Shown here piece by piece: positions 35,761-46,263 of a stretch of DNA of 64,000 nt (position 1 is the first letter of the stretch; the number at the start of each line of letters is the position of its first letter). The translations under genes and the position numbers were made by a program. The stretch spans positions 2,190-66,189 of the forward strand of contig JAZOLS010000029.1 in assembly GCA_045653245.1 (NCBI GenBank). The letters are read 5' to 3'. The notes beneath the pieces were generated by a model. That model saw only the letters and a list, made by a program, of their open reading frames with translations. It was not told where the DNA came from and searched no databases. This DNA is from Faecousia sp. Lineage in GTDB: Bacteria > Bacillota > Clostridia > Oscillospirales > Oscillospiraceae.

Positions 35761-36720
35761 TTACCCCACATCTTCCATTTTGTCAATTCTTGTCCCCGGA
35801 TAATAATGGGCAAGGATCTCCTGCCAGGTAGCACCGTTCAGAGCCATTGCCTGAGCCCCTGTTTGGCTCAAGCCAACCCGATGCCCTTTTCCCAACACGG
35901 TAAACCACAACCCGTCCGATTCTACCTGAATCGTAAACGCGGTGGAATTCAATTTTAACAAACTGCGCAGTTCAATGCCTGTGTATTGGATGCCTGCAAG
36001 CATCATGGTCTCAACCCCACCACCTGGGGTATAGGTTGTCCACCCAAGCCAGCTGCTGGGTGAACCGGGCAGACTTCGGTCCAGAAGACGCTCAAGATCG
36101 CTATGGGTGTAAAATGTTCGATTGGAGTAATCCTCAAGGTCCTCTTCACCCGGGCTTTCCACCACCTGCAGATACGGCAGATCCACGCCCCATACCGCCA
36201 CGGCATCCTCCGTTCGCCCTCCGGAACTGTGAAAATAGGTGGCTTCGATCAGTTTCTCCCCGTAGGTCACCACCATCCCAGCGGTATGTGTGACCGCATT
36301 TTGGGCCGCAGATACATCCTGTTCATACCCAAGCCCATCCAGAAATTCCGATATCCCCACATAGGCCTGGCAACAAGCGTAGTCTGTACACACAGCCCCC
36401 TTGGGATGCCTTGCATCTTCTTTGCGTTTGAATGCATACGTCCTTGCCGCCACTGCCTGAGCACATAGGGCATCGTGGTCATATGTAGTTGGCATTTCCG
36501 CAAGGATCACCCCGGTCAAATACTCGTCCAGTGCCATCCACTGAACCGTTTCGCCGTCAAGTACCCAAATCCCTTGTACGCTAGTCTCCCCTTGATAAGC
36601 GGACGCGCCCGCTTCCGGTGTTTCTGTTTCCATTTTCGGAACAAGCAGCCGTATGATGATTCCGGGAATCACCAATCCCAGGAAAATTGCCATCGCCACA
36701 TGAAAGTATTTTTCCTTCAT
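35761..36720 (-). CDS. spoIID: Stage II sporulation protein D (SpoIID/LytB)
   Basis: TM anchor, [47 protein letters not shown]; start 36720. Confidence 0.88.
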   Translation of the reverse strand: MKEKYFHVAMAIFLGLVIPGIIIRLLVPKMETETPEAGASAYQGETSVQGIWVLDGETVQWMALDEYLTGVILAEMPTTYDHDALCAQAVAARTYAFKRKEDARHPKGAVCTDYACCQAYVGISEFLDGLGYEQDVSAAQNAVTHTAGMVVTYGEKLIEATYFHSSGGRTEDAVAVWGVDLPYLQVVESPGEEDLEDYSNRTFYTHSDLERLLDRSLPGSPSSWLGWTTYTPGGGVETMMLAGIQYTGIELRSLLKLNSTAFTIQVESDGLWFTVLGKGHRVGLSQTGAQAMALNGATWQEILAHYYPGTRIDKMEDVG

Positions 36721-36808
36721 AAATATCCCCCCTGTTGCTATTTTACCAAAATGAAATGTTGTTTTTTGGCGCAACAGAATGAAAAAATTTCCATTTATTC
36801 GGCAGTTC

Positions 36809-36837
36809 TTGACAGGCTTTGCCACAGCGGTTATAAT
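36809..36837 (+). promoter_or_regulatory. Perfect consensus sigma-A promoter
   Basis: TTGACA-17-TATAAT. Confidence 0.85.
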
Positions 36838-36869
36838 TTATAAGAGAAAACCTCGAAACGGAGCAACTT

Positions 36870-38585
36870 ATGAAGCGAGTAATGAAACGATTTCTGCCAA
36901 TCCTTTTGAGTTTGGTTGTTATATGCAGTATTTTTTGGTATCTGTTTGTCTATGACCGGGGCTTTATGCAGGATATCCTCTTGGGCAGCGCCCGGTATTT
37001 TGAACAACAGGGCAATCACAGCGTTGCTACATGGCTCTACAATCAAGCATACCTCCATTCCGGCAACGATGACGATGTGATCATCGAATTGTCTGAACGT
37101 TTTAAGAAGATCGGCAATTATACCCAAGCTGAGGTGGTTCTTTCCAGTGCCATCGCTGAAAATGCATCGGTGGATCTCTATGTCGCCCTCTCCCGGACTT
37201 ATGTGGAGCAGGACAAACTGATGGACGCTGTAAAGATGCTGGAAAACATCACAAACCCGGAAATTAAAGCCGAACTGGATGCTCTGCGTCCTGCTGTGCC
37301 CGTTGCTGCCCCTGCTCCTGGCTACTATACCCAGTATTTAAGTGTAACCATTGAGGCGTCCGGGAGCGATCGGCTGTTTGTGGCAACGGATGGTGACTTT
37401 CCTTCCATCCAAAATCGCTACAGCACCGGCATTACCCTGGTCGGCGGTGAGAACAAGATCAACGTAGTCGCTGTTGATGAAAACGGATTGGTCAGCAAAC
37501 CTTGCTATTTCAGCTATATTGTTGGCGGTGTGATCGAAGAGGTCACCATTTCCGATCCTATACTGGATAAGCTGTTCCGGGAAATGCTGAATATCAGTCA
37601 GGACCAAAAACTGTTTTCCGACGACCTGTGGTCCATCACTTCTCTGACTGTTCCAAAGGATGTGCAGGATCTGCGTGATCTGAGTCGACTTTCCTTTTTG
37701 GAAACACTGGTAATGGAAGATCTCAAGATCAGCGGCTTGCAGACGCTCTCGTCGCTGACCCAATTAAAAGATCTGACGATTCGGGGTTGCCCTCTCTCTG
37801 CCACAGATCTGAGCATTATTGGCAGTTTACCTAATCTGGAAAATCTTACCCTCAATGATTGCAGTCTGAGCAATATTTCCGGACTTTCCAATGCCACCCG
37901 GCTTGTTACGTTGGATCTGAGTAATAATGCTATTAAGGACCTGTCCACACTATCCTTTTTGAAAAAACTTTCCACGCTGAATGTCAGCCGTAATGCGCTG
38001 ACCAATCTCAGCGCCCTCAGCGCCATGGAAGGGCTGACAGTTTTGGATGTTTCCTACAATTCTCTGACTTCCATTGCACCATTGGCCACCTGTACAAAAT
38101 TAAGCGCTCTTACGGCAACGAATAATCAACTTACCGGCATTCCTGTCTTCAACGATCCCACTGTTCTGACTTCGTTGATCGTGTCCAGCAATAACCTGGC
38201 AAATCTGGATTCCTTGGCCAGTTATACCTCACTGACTACACTGGATCTGTCTCACAATCAGATCACCGATGCCAGACACCTTGCCGGACTGAATAAGTTG
38301 ACCTCCGTCAATCTCTCCCACAACAGCATCACCACACTTCCCGAATGGAGTAAAGATTGTGCCCTTGTGGAGTTGGACGCTTCTTATAATAAGATCACGT
38401 CTGTAACACCTTTGAGAGGTCTGATGCAGCTTAACTATGTCACCCTGAACTATAATAAACTTACCAATATCAATCCTCTTGCAGACTGCCGTATGCTGGT
38501 ACGCGTTAGTATCTACGGCAACTCTGTCAAAGACGTTTCCAAACTCACCGCAATGAGCGTGATTGTAGATTATTCTACAACATAA
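36870..38585 (+). CDS. Membrane-anchored surface protein: TPR-like helices, Fn3-associated domain, internalin-like LRRs
   Basis: N-terminal TM; PAPGYY; about 13 22-residue LxxLxLSxNxIxxLxxL repeats. Confidence 0.85.
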   Translation: MKRVMKRFLPILLSLVVICSIFWYLFVYDRGFMQDILLGSARYFEQQGNHSVATWLYNQAYLHSGNDDDVIIELSERFKKIGNYTQAEVVLSSAIAENASVDLYVALSRTYVEQDKLMDAVKMLENITNPEIKAELDALRPAVPVAAPAPGYYTQYLSVTIEASGSDRLFVATDGDFPSIQNRYSTGITLVGGENKINVVAVDENGLVSKPCYFSYIVGGVIEEVTISDPILDKLFREMLNISQDQKLFSDDLWSITSLTVPKDVQDLRDLSRLSFLETLVMEDLKISGLQTLSSLTQLKDLTIRGCPLSATDLSIIGSLPNLENLTLNDCSLSNISGLSNATRLVTLDLSNNAIKDLSTLSFLKKLSTLNVSRNALTNLSALSAMEGLTVLDVSYNSLTSIAPLATCTKLSALTATNNQLTGIPVFNDPTVLTSLIVSSNNLANLDSLASYTSLTTLDLSHNQITDARHLAGLNKLTSVNLSHNSITTLPEWSKDCALVELDASYNKITSVTPLRGLMQLNYVTLNYNKLTNINPLADCRMLVRVSIYGNSVKDVSKLTAMSVIVDYSTT

Positions 38586-38587
38586 GC

Positions 38588-38615
38588 AAAACCCCGCCGT
38601 TTGGCGGGGTTTTTT
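38588..38615. terminator. Bidirectional terminator
   Basis: AAAACCCCGCC-GTTT-GGCGGGGTTTT. Confidence 0.85.
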
Positions 38616-38620
38616 CATAA

Positions 38621-39082
38621 TTAATTATATTCCAGTATCAGTTGCAGTGCTGCGTCGATGGCTTGCGCCCGGACAGACACCCGGTCACCTTCAAAAACAA
38701 AGTGCCGGGAAATGCAAATGCTTTTATCCGCATAGCCAATATAAACTGTACCCACCGGGTTTTCAAATTCATCCCCGGAAGGGCCGGCAAGTCCTGTAAC
38801 AGATACGGCAATATCCGTATTTAAAGCACTTCTTGCTCCCTGCGCCATTGCTTCCGCAACCGGTGCAGAAACTGCGCCGAATTGATCAAGCATCTCCTGG
38901 GGAACATTCAGCAAATTTTGCTTGACTTCGTTGCAGTAGCTGATGATGCCGCCCTTGTAGACATTGGACGCACCGGGAACTGCTGTCAGTGCATTCCCGA
39001 TGCCGCCACCTGTACAACTCTCCGCCGTTGCAAGGGTCTTGCGCTGCAATCTGGCAATTACATCAAATACGGGGTTCGTCAT
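38621..39082 (-). CDS. cinA: CinA C-terminal domain / NMN deamidase (PncC)
   Basis: ATAESCTGG, GAS, GAVS, SVTGLAGP, PVGTVYIG. Confidence 0.9.
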   Translation of the reverse strand: MTNPVFDVIARLQRKTLATAESCTGGGIGNALTAVPGASNVYKGGIISYCNEVKQNLLNVPQEMLDQFGAVSAPVAEAMAQGARSALNTDIAVSVTGLAGPSGDEFENPVGTVYIGYADKSICISRHFVFEGDRVSVRAQAIDAALQLILEYN

Positions 39083-40253
39083 GGTATTTTACCTGAATCC
39101 GTTCGACGGTTTCCACAGCCTTTTCGATCATGGCCTGACGATCCAATTTAGCCTCGGCATGCAACAGCTGTCCAATGGTGGGCTTGGTCTTGGGATGCTT
39201 GGGGGTAAAGACGGTGCAGCAGTCCTCATAAGGCAGAATGGAGGTTTCCATGGTGCCGATCTTCCGGGCAATGGTCACGATCTCTTCTTTATCCATACCC
39301 ACCAAAGGCATGAATATGGGAATATCCACCACTGCGCCGGTGACAGTCATGGCTTCCATGGTCTGACTGGCCACCTGACCCAGATTCTCACCGGTGATCA
39401 GCGCACTGCAACCGTCATTCTTCGCCAGTTTCTGGGCGATCTCCATCATAAACCGGCGCATGATGAGGGTGAAATACTCTTCCGGGCAATTGTCACGGAT
39501 GGCTTCCTGGATCGCGGTAAAGGAAACGATGTTCACCGTCATCCGTCCGGAATACCGGGTCACCAAACGGGCCAGTTCCAGCACCTTATCCTTGGCAAGC
39601 TGAGAGGTATAAGGATAGGAGAAGAAGTGAACACACTCAATCTCCACGCCGCGCTTTGCAATCATGTAAGCCGCAACAGGAGAGTCGATACCGCCGCTGA
39701 GCAAACACATTGCCCGTCCACCCACACCGGTGGGCAAACCGCCTGCGCCGGGCTCGGCAGGGCCATGGACATAGGCCGCCAGGTCACGGACTTCCACATA
39801 CACTGTATATTCCGGATTGTGAACATCCACTTCCACAGTAGGATGGGCCTCTGCCAGTCTGCCGCCGATTTCCTGGGAAATAGCGATGGAAGTCATGGGG
39901 AACTGTTTGTCGGAGCGCTTGGACTCCACCTTGAAGCTTTTAGCGCAATCCAAATCCTCCCCCAAATATTCCTCAATGGCATTGAAGATGGCGTCCAGAT
40001 TTTTTTCACAGGGACGGCAGCGACACAGGCTGACCACGCCGAAAATGGAGTGGCAAGCATCCCATGCCCCGTCCACATCTGCCATATCATCCTCGGGAAC
40101 AACATAGACCGTAGACTGCATGATGTACACATCAAAATTACCGTAAGGTTTCATCCTGCGGCGGACATTCTGCCGCAGTTTGTTCTCAAACTGACGCTTG
40201 TTTGCGCCTTTCAGGACGATTTCGCCCAGCTTCATCAAAAAAATCTCGTTCAT
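39063..40253 (-). CDS. thiI: tRNA 4-thiouridine synthase
   Basis: GEIVLKGAN, THUMP domain, GGLP.G, LLSGGIDSPVA, TGENLGQVASQT, YEDCC. Confidence 0.95.
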   Translation of the reverse strand: MNEIFLMKLGEIVLKGANKRQFENKLRQNVRRRMKPYGNFDVYIMQSTVYVVPEDDMADVDGAWDACHSIFGVVSLCRCRPCEKNLDAIFNAIEEYLGEDLDCAKSFKVESKRSDKQFPMTSIAISQEIGGRLAEAHPTVEVDVHNPEYTVYVEVRDLAAYVHGPAEPGAGGLPTGVGGRAMCLLSGGIDSPVAAYMIAKRGVEIECVHFFSYPYTSQLAKDKVLELARLVTRYSGRMTVNIVSFTAIQEAIRDNCPEEYFTLIMRRFMMEIAQKLAKNDGCSALITGENLGQVASQTMEAMTVTGAVVDIPIFMPLVGMDKEEIVTIARKIGTMETSILPYEDCCTVFTPKHPKTKPTIGQLLHAEAKLDRQAMIEKAVETVERIQVKYHDEPRI

Positions 40254-40268
40254 TCCAATATCCTCACA

Positions 40269-41786
40269 TTATCGATTTCCCAAATTCACAGCCCGGTACT
40301 GGATGGCTTCCGCGATATGTTGTGGCTGAATTTCCTCGCTTCCATCCAAATCCGCAACCGTACGTGCAACTTTCAAAATTCTGTCGTAACTCCGGGCGGT
40401 CAGACCCATGGCATCAAATGCCTGCTTCATGAGGGTCTCCCCTGCCTCGTCCAAGGTACAGTATGCGCGCATCTCGTCCGGGCCCATCCGGGCATTGCAC
40501 ATGGTAGTCTTGTCCCCAAAGCGTTCATGCTGACGCTGACGGGCGGCATCCACGCGCTTTTTGATCTCCGAAGAGGGCTCTGCTTCTGCGCGGGTACGCA
40601 GATCTTCAAAATGTACCGAGGGAACTTCCACCACAATATCGATGCGATCAAGAAGCGGCCCGGAAATCCGTCCGCGATAGTTCTGCACCGCCATTTCCGA
40701 GCAGGTGCATCGATTGGATGCATCCCCATACCAACCGCATTTGCAGGGATTCATGGCGCATACCAACATAAATTCCGCAGGATAGGACACCGCGCCTGCC
40801 ACCCGGGAAATGGTCACTTGGCCGTCTTCCAAAGGCTGACGCATCATGTCCAAAGTATCTTTGCGGAATTCCGGTAATTCATCCAAAAACAGCACGCCCT
40901 TGTGGGCCATGGATATTTCCCCCGGCTTGGGATTTGAGCCGCCGCCGGCAAGTCCGGCATTGGAGATTGTGTGATGGGGCGAGCGGAAAGGCCGACGGGA
41001 CACCAAAGGCTCTTTTGCCGTCAGCATACCCATGACGGAATAGATTTGACTGACTTCCAACGCTTCATCCCAGGTCATATCCGGCAAAATAGAAGGAAGT
41101 CTCTTGGAAAGCATACTTTTTCCCGAACCGGGAGGGCCGATCAACAAAACATTGTGAGAGCCTGCGGCCGCCACTTCCAAGGCACGTTTCACATTCTCCT
41201 GTCCCAACACGTCCTTAAAATCCAGTCCGCCAACTGTGCCCTGAGTGGGCTTCCACAGGGGTTCAGGTTGTAGCATCGTTTCCCCATTCAGGCCAGCGGC
41301 CAGTTCCCGTAAATTGCGGATACCATAAACTTCCGGGCCACGGGCCAATGTGGCTTCGGCGGCATTCTCAGCCGGCACGAACAGCGCCTTAACACCCTCA
41401 CGTTTGGCAGCCAACGCCATGGGAAGTACGCCGGAAATAGGTCGCAGTTGCCCATCCAGGCTCACCTCTCCCAAAAATGCACTTGTGGAACGGGGCTTGC
41501 GAATACCGCCTGCGGCGCAAAGAATACTCAAAAGAATGGGCAGGTCGTAGTGCGTGCCCGCTTTTTTCAGATTGGCCGGAGCAAGGTTCACAGTAATGCG
41601 GCTGGCCGGGAAAGTCATGCCGGAATTCTTCGCCGCGGCGCGGACGCGCTCCCGGGCCTCTTTCACAGCGGCATCGGGAAGACCCACAATATCAAAACCG
41701 GGCAAGCCGTTGGAAATATAACATTCCGCTGTAACGCCGGTGCCACGAATGCCGGTGATGCCTAAAGTGCGGATACTGCAGATCAT
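40269..41786 (-). CDS. comM: YifB/ComM Mg-chelatase-like AAA+ ATPase
   Basis: IVGLPDAAVKEARERV, NLAPA, GPPGSGKS, FRSPHH, LFLDELPEF, AMNPCKCG, SGPLLDRID; intact; start 41786. Confidence 0.92.
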   Translation of the reverse strand: MICSIRTLGITGIRGTGVTAECYISNGLPGFDIVGLPDAAVKEARERVRAAAKNSGMTFPASRITVNLAPANLKKAGTHYDLPILLSILCAAGGIRKPRSTSAFLGEVSLDGQLRPISGVLPMALAAKREGVKALFVPAENAAEATLARGPEVYGIRNLRELAAGLNGETMLQPEPLWKPTQGTVGGLDFKDVLGQENVKRALEVAAAGSHNVLLIGPPGSGKSMLSKRLPSILPDMTWDEALEVSQIYSVMGMLTAKEPLVSRRPFRSPHHTISNAGLAGGGSNPKPGEISMAHKGVLFLDELPEFRKDTLDMMRQPLEDGQVTISRVAGAVSYPAEFMLVCAMNPCKCGWYGDASNRCTCSEMAVQNYRGRISGPLLDRIDIVVEVPSVHFEDLRTRAEAEPSSEIKKRVDAARQRQHERFGDKTTMCNARMGPDEMRAYCTLDEAGETLMKQAFDAMGLTARSYDRILKVARTVADLDGSEEIQPQHIAEAIQYRAVNLGNR

Positions 41787-42045
41787 AGCATGATCCCCTT
41801 TTCTCTTTTTACAGTATTGTAACGCATCTTGCAGAAAAAGACAAGTAAAATTCACTTCATAAAATGTCTGTTCTTTGTCGTCCCAGCCTTGTCGAAATTT
41901 TCATTTCATGGTATAGTTAACATAGTAAGTTATCAACTACACCAAATCGATGCAATCCGTCAAGATTATCCCGATACATACAATTTTTTGCGCAGTCTTC
42001 AAGATGAAATATCCGATATGGGTGATTATTGAAAGGAAAGATGAA

Positions 42046-42369
42046 ATGGAAACAAAAACAAGCAAACGCATATACACCGTCGTCTTTGTCATCTTATCCA
42101 TAGCCGCATGGGTTTTCTTTGCATGGAGCGTTGCTCGTTCTTATGCAAAGCCAACGAAAGACGATATTTTCGGACATAGTATGGATTGGATATTCCATGC
42201 CTTTTTTGCGATAGAATTACTCGCAGGACAGCTGGGGCTATATTACAGCGCAACCCATCTGTTGTTTGAATCTGACGACGGAATGGAGCCAGGCTTTGGG
42301 AAGGTAATCATACTGATTGGCTCAGTTTTGCTTTTACTATTTTGGCTTTTGAATGTGCTCCAATACTAA
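42046..42369 (+). CDS. Small three-TM hypothetical membrane protein
   Basis: RBS GAAAGGA, three hydrophobic segments, terminator-like stem 42431..42466. Confidence 0.6.
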   Translation: METKTSKRIYTVVFVILSIAAWVFFAWSVARSYAKPTKDDIFGHSMDWIFHAFFAIELLAGQLGLYYSATHLLFESDDGMEPGFGKVIILIGSVLLLLFWLLNVLQY

Positions 42370-42499
42370 TAACCGCGACATTTCCTGCAAATGCACTTAT
42401 GGCCAAAAAGGTAAGAAATAATTTCATGCGATTCCGCGTCCGGATTTCCGGGCACGGAATTTTTTGTCAATTTTTCCGCGAAAGTCCGCTTAATTTGAC

Positions 42500-42528
42500 T
42501 TTACAAATCGACATGAAAGTGCTATGAT
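42500..42528 (+). promoter_or_regulatory. sigma-A promoter of nifJ
   Basis: TTTACA-17-TATGAT with extended TG. Confidence 0.7.
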
Positions 42529-42569
42529 ATACGCGACAAAATTTGAATACGCATAGGAGGTACTTCATT

Positions 42570-45500
42570 TTGGCAAGAAAATTCAAAACAATGGACGGCA
42601 ATACTGCTGCTGCCCACGTTAGCTACGCCTTTACAGAAGTAGCTGGCATCTACCCCATTACCCCGTCCAGCCCCATGGCTGACAACGTAGACCAGTGGTC
42701 CGCTGCTGGTCGCAAAAACATCTTCGGCGACACCGTTAAGGTCGTGGAGATGCAGTCTGAGGCCGGTGCTGCCGGTACTGTGCACGGCTCTCTGGCCGCC
42801 GGTGCCCTGACCACCACCTACACAGCATCCCAGGGTCTGCTGCTGATGATCCCCAACATGTACAAGATCGCCGGCGAGCTGCTGCCCTCCGTGTTCCATG
42901 TGTCCGCCCGTACTGTGGCTGCTCAGGCTCTGAACATCTTCGGTGACCACTCCGACGTTTACGCCTGCCGTCAGACCGGCTTTGCTATGCTGGCTGAGAC
43001 TAATGTTCAGGAAGTTATGGACCTGGGTGCTGTTGCACACCTGGCTTCCATTGAAGGCCGTGTTCCTTTCATCAACTTCTTCGACGGTTTCCGTACTTCC
43101 CACGAGATCCAGAAGATCGCCATCTGGGATTACGAGGATCTGAAGGAAATGTGCAACATGGAGGCTGTGGAAGAATTCCGCAAGCACTCTCTTAATCCCG
43201 AGCGTCCCGCAATGCGCGGCTCTCACGAGAACGACGATATCTTCTTCCAGCACCGTGAGGCCTGCAACAAGTACTACAATGCTCTGCCCGCAGTGGTGGA
43301 GAAGTACATGGCTAAGGTCAACGAAAAGCTGGGCACCAACTATCAGCTGTTCAACTACTACGGTGCCGAGGATGCTGACCGCATCATCATCTGCATGGGC
43401 TCTTTCTGCGACGTTGCTGAGGAAGTCATCGACTACCTGAACGCCAACGGTGAGAAGGTCGGTCTGGTAAAGGTCCGTCTGTTCCGTCCCTGGAGCAGCA
43501 AGCACCTGCTGGATGCGATCCCTGCTTCTGTTAAGAAGATCGCTGTTCTGGACCGTACCAAGGAGCCTGGCTCCCAGGGTGAGCCTCTGTACCAGGATGT
43601 TGTCATGGCTCTGGCTAAGGCCGGCAAGGCAGACATCACTGTCGTTGGCGGCCGTTACGGTCTGGGTTCCAAGGATACCCACCCCGCTTCCGTCTTTGCT
43701 GTGTTCGAAGAACTGGCTAAGGACGCACCCAAGAACGAGTTCACTCTGGGTATCGTGGACGATGTGACCAACCTGTCCCTCCCTGAGAAGGTTTCCCCCA
43801 ACACCGCAGCAGCTGGCACCATCGAATGCAAGTTCTGGGGTCTGGGCGGCGACGGCACTGTTGGCGCTAACAAGAACTCCATCAAGATCATCGGCGACCA
43901 CACCGGCAAGTACGTACAGGCTTACTTCCAGTACGACTCCAAGAAGACCGGCGGTGTTACCGTTTCCCACCTGCGTTTCGGTGACAATGCCATCAAGTCC
44001 CCCTACTACATCAACAAGGCTGACTTCGTGGCTTGCCACAACCCCTCCTACATCACCAAGGGCTTTAAGATCGTTCAGGATGTCAAGCCCGGCGGTGTGT
44101 TCCTGATCAACTGCCAGTGGTCTCTGGAGGAGCTGGAGCATCACCTGGATGCCGCTTCCAAGCGCTATATTGCCGAAAACAACATTCAGTTGTACACCAT
44201 CAATGCTATCGACCTGGCTATCAAGGTTGGCATGGGCAAGCGCACCAACACCATTCTGCAGTCCGCATTCTTCTCCCTGGCTAAGGTCATGCCCGCTGAG
44301 GATGCTGTCAAGTACATGAAGGATGCTGCTGAGAAGTCCTATGCTAAGAAGGGTATGGACGTGGTTGAGAAGAACTGGAACGCCATCGACGCAGGCGCTA
44401 CCGCTTACGTGAAGATCGATGTTCCCGCTGCTTGGGCCAACGCTGAGGATGTTAAGGTCGAGTTGGATCTGGAAGGTCCTGCTGATACCGTCAAGGTCGT
44501 CAAGACCATTCTGAATCCTGTTGGCAAGATGGACGGCTATTCCCTTCCCGTTTCCGCATTTGACGGTCTGGCTGACGGCCAGTTCCCCCTGGGTGCTGCT
44601 GCTTATGAGAAGCGCGGTGTTGCCGTTACTGTGCCCGAGTGGGATGCTACCAAGTGTATCCAGTGTAACAACTGTGCATACGTATGCCCCCACGCTACCA
44701 TCCGTCCCTACGCTCTGACTGAGGCTGAGGTTGCTGCTGCTCCTGCTGCTGCAAAGATCGTACCCGTCAAGGCTGGCAAGGGTAAGGGTGTCTACTCCTA
44801 TACCATGGCCGTTTCTCCCCTGGACTGCATGGGCTGCGGTGTCTGTGTCGGCGTATGTCCCACCAATGCCATCACCATGGTTCCCCAGGAAACTCAGCTG
44901 GATCAGCAGGAAGTCTTCAACTACATGGTTTCCAAGGTTGCTGCCAAGGAAGATATGCAGGACAACACTGTTAAGGGCTCCCAGTTCAAGAAGCCTCTGC
45001 TGGAGTTCTCCGGCTCCTGCGCAGGTTGTGCTGAGACCTCTTATGCACGTCTGGTGACTCAGTTGTTCGGCGATCGGATGTACATCTCCAACGCCACCGG
45101 CTGTTCCTCCATTTGGGGCGGCCCTGCTGCTACTTCTCCCTACTGTGTCAACGAGAACGGCCACGGCCCCGCTTGGGCCAACTCCCTGTTCGAGGACAAC
45201 GCAGAGCACGGCCTGGGTATGTACACCGCACAGGCTGTGATCCGTGAGTCCCTGGCCAACAAGGTCCGTTCCGTCATGGAGACCACCGTATGCGACGAAC
45301 GCAAGGCTGCTTGCCAGGCATGGCTGGATACCTTCAACGACGGCGAGGCCAACAAGGCTGCTACCAAGGCTCTGATCGCCAACCTGGAAGCTAAGGTTTG
45401 CTGCGACACCGTTAAGGATATCCTGAGCAAGAAGGAATACCTGTCCAAGAAGTCCGTTTGGATCTTCGGCGGCGACGGCTGGGCATACGACATCGGCTTC

Positions 45501-46097
45501 GGCGGTGTTGACCATGTTCTGGCTTCCAACAAGGACGTCAACATCTTCGTCTTCGACACCGAGGTTTACTCCAACACCGGCGGTCAGGCTTCCAAGGCTT
45601 CCAACATCGGTCAGGTTGCGCAGTTCGCAGCTTCCGGTAAGGAAACCAAGAAGAAGTCCCTGGCTGAGATCGCCATGAGCTACGGCTATGTTTACGTTGC
45701 TCAGATCGCTATGGGTGCTAACCAAGCTCAGACCATCAAGGCTATCTGCGAGGCTGAAGCTTACAACGGTCCTTCTCTGATCATCGGCTACGCTCCCTGT
45801 GAGATGCACTCCATCAAGGGCGGCATGATGAACTGCCAGGCTGAGATGAAGAAGGCTGTTGACTGCGGTTACTGGAATCTGTTCCGCTTCGACCCCTCCA
45901 AGGAGACCGGTAAGTTCACTCTGGACAGCAAGGCTCCCAAGGATGGCTATCAGGAATTCCTGATGAACGAAGCCCGTTACAGCCGTCTGACCCGTGAGTT
46001 CCCCGAGCGTGCAACCGAACTGTTCGCTAAAAACGAGGCTGCTGCTAAGGAGCGTTACGAGCACCTGCTGAAACTGGTTGAGATGTATAAAGACTAA
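42570..46097 (+). CDS. nifJ: Pyruvate:ferredoxin (flavodoxin) oxidoreductase
   Basis: MDGNTAAAH, YPITPSS, EMQSEAGAAG, GLGGDGTVGANK, two CxxCxxCxxxCP motifs, EFSGSCAGC, GGDGWAYDIG; TTG start after AGGAGG; strong codon bias. Confidence 0.97.
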   Translation: MARKFKTMDGNTAAAHVSYAFTEVAGIYPITPSSPMADNVDQWSAAGRKNIFGDTVKVVEMQSEAGAAGTVHGSLAAGALTTTYTASQGLLLMIPNMYKIAGELLPSVFHVSARTVAAQALNIFGDHSDVYACRQTGFAMLAETNVQEVMDLGAVAHLASIEGRVPFINFFDGFRTSHEIQKIAIWDYEDLKEMCNMEAVEEFRKHSLNPERPAMRGSHENDDIFFQHREACNKYYNALPAVVEKYMAKVNEKLGTNYQLFNYYGAEDADRIIICMGSFCDVAEEVIDYLNANGEKVGLVKVRLFRPWSSKHLLDAIPASVKKIAVLDRTKEPGSQGEPLYQDVVMALAKAGKADITVVGGRYGLGSKDTHPASVFAVFEELAKDAPKNEFTLGIVDDVTNLSLPEKVSPNTAAAGTIECKFWGLGGDGTVGANKNSIKIIGDHTGKYVQAYFQYDSKKTGGVTVSHLRFGDNAIKSPYYINKADFVACHNPSYITKGFKIVQDVKPGGVFLINCQWSLEELEHHLDAASKRYIAENNIQLYTINAIDLAIKVGMGKRTNTILQSAFFSLAKVMPAEDAVKYMKDAAEKSYAKKGMDVVEKNWNAIDAGATAYVKIDVPAAWANAEDVKVELDLEGPADTVKVVKTILNPVGKMDGYSLPVSAFDGLADGQFPLGAAAYEKRGVAVTVPEWDATKCIQCNNCAYVCPHATIRPYALTEAEVAAAPAAAKIVPVKAGKGKGVYSYTMAVSPLDCMGCGVCVGVCPTNAITMVPQETQLDQQEVFNYMVSKVAAKEDMQDNTVKGSQFKKPLLEFSGSCAGCAETSYARLVTQLFGDRMYISNATGCSSIWGGPAATSPYCVNENGHGPAWANSLFEDNAEHGLGMYTAQAVIRESLANKVRSVMETTVCDERKAACQAWLDTFNDGEANKAATKALIANLEAKVCCDTVKDILSKKEYLSKKSVWIFGGDGWAYDIGFGGVDHVLASNKDVNIFVFDTEVYSNTGGQASKASNIGQVAQFAASGKETKKKSLAEIAMSYGYVYVAQIAMGANQAQTIKAICEAEAYNGPSLIIGYAPCEMHSIKGGMMNCQAEMKKAVDCGYWNLFRFDPSKETGKFTLDSKAPKDGYQEFLMNEARYSRLTREFPERATELFAKNEAAAKERYEHLLKLVEMYKD

Positions 46098-46110
46098 GTC
46101 TTAACAACTG

Positions 46111-46140
46111 TCCGCCCCTGGCTGCCCAGGGGCGGATTTT
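46111..46140 (+). terminator. nifJ terminator
   Basis: TCCGCCCCTGG-CTGC-CCAGGGGCGGA-TTTT. Confidence 0.85.
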
Positions 46141-46149
46141 AAAACACGC

Positions 46150-46244
46150 TGTCATTCCGAGCCAGTGAGCACACTGGCGTGGGAATCCCCATCTTAAGAG
46201 GAGATTGCCACACCAGTGACCTCTGTCACTGGTTCGCAATGACA
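46150..46244. repeat. Inverted pair of (C/T)GTC-type REP-like elements
   Basis: TGTCATTCCGAGCCAGTG..CACTGGCGTGGGAATCCC ... GAGATTGCCACACCAGTGAC..GTCACTGGTTCGCAATGACA. Confidence 0.8.
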
Positions 46245-46263
46245 TATTATATGAGGAAATACT

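Noticed and set aside
38964-40877. 637-aa plus-strand ORF
   Set aside because: Antisense to thiI/comM, with no recognisable features.
40269-41786. comM as a mobile-element insertion hotspot
   Set aside because: The gene is intact, with no recombinase or att-like duplication.
41890-41896. Spo0A box TGTCGAA
   Set aside because: A single 7-mer is expected by chance in 64 kb; no supporting context.
42522-46064. 1180-aa minus-strand ORF
   Set aside because: Antisense shadow of nifJ; strong codon bias avoids TTA/CTA/TCA, removing antisense stops. No motifs.
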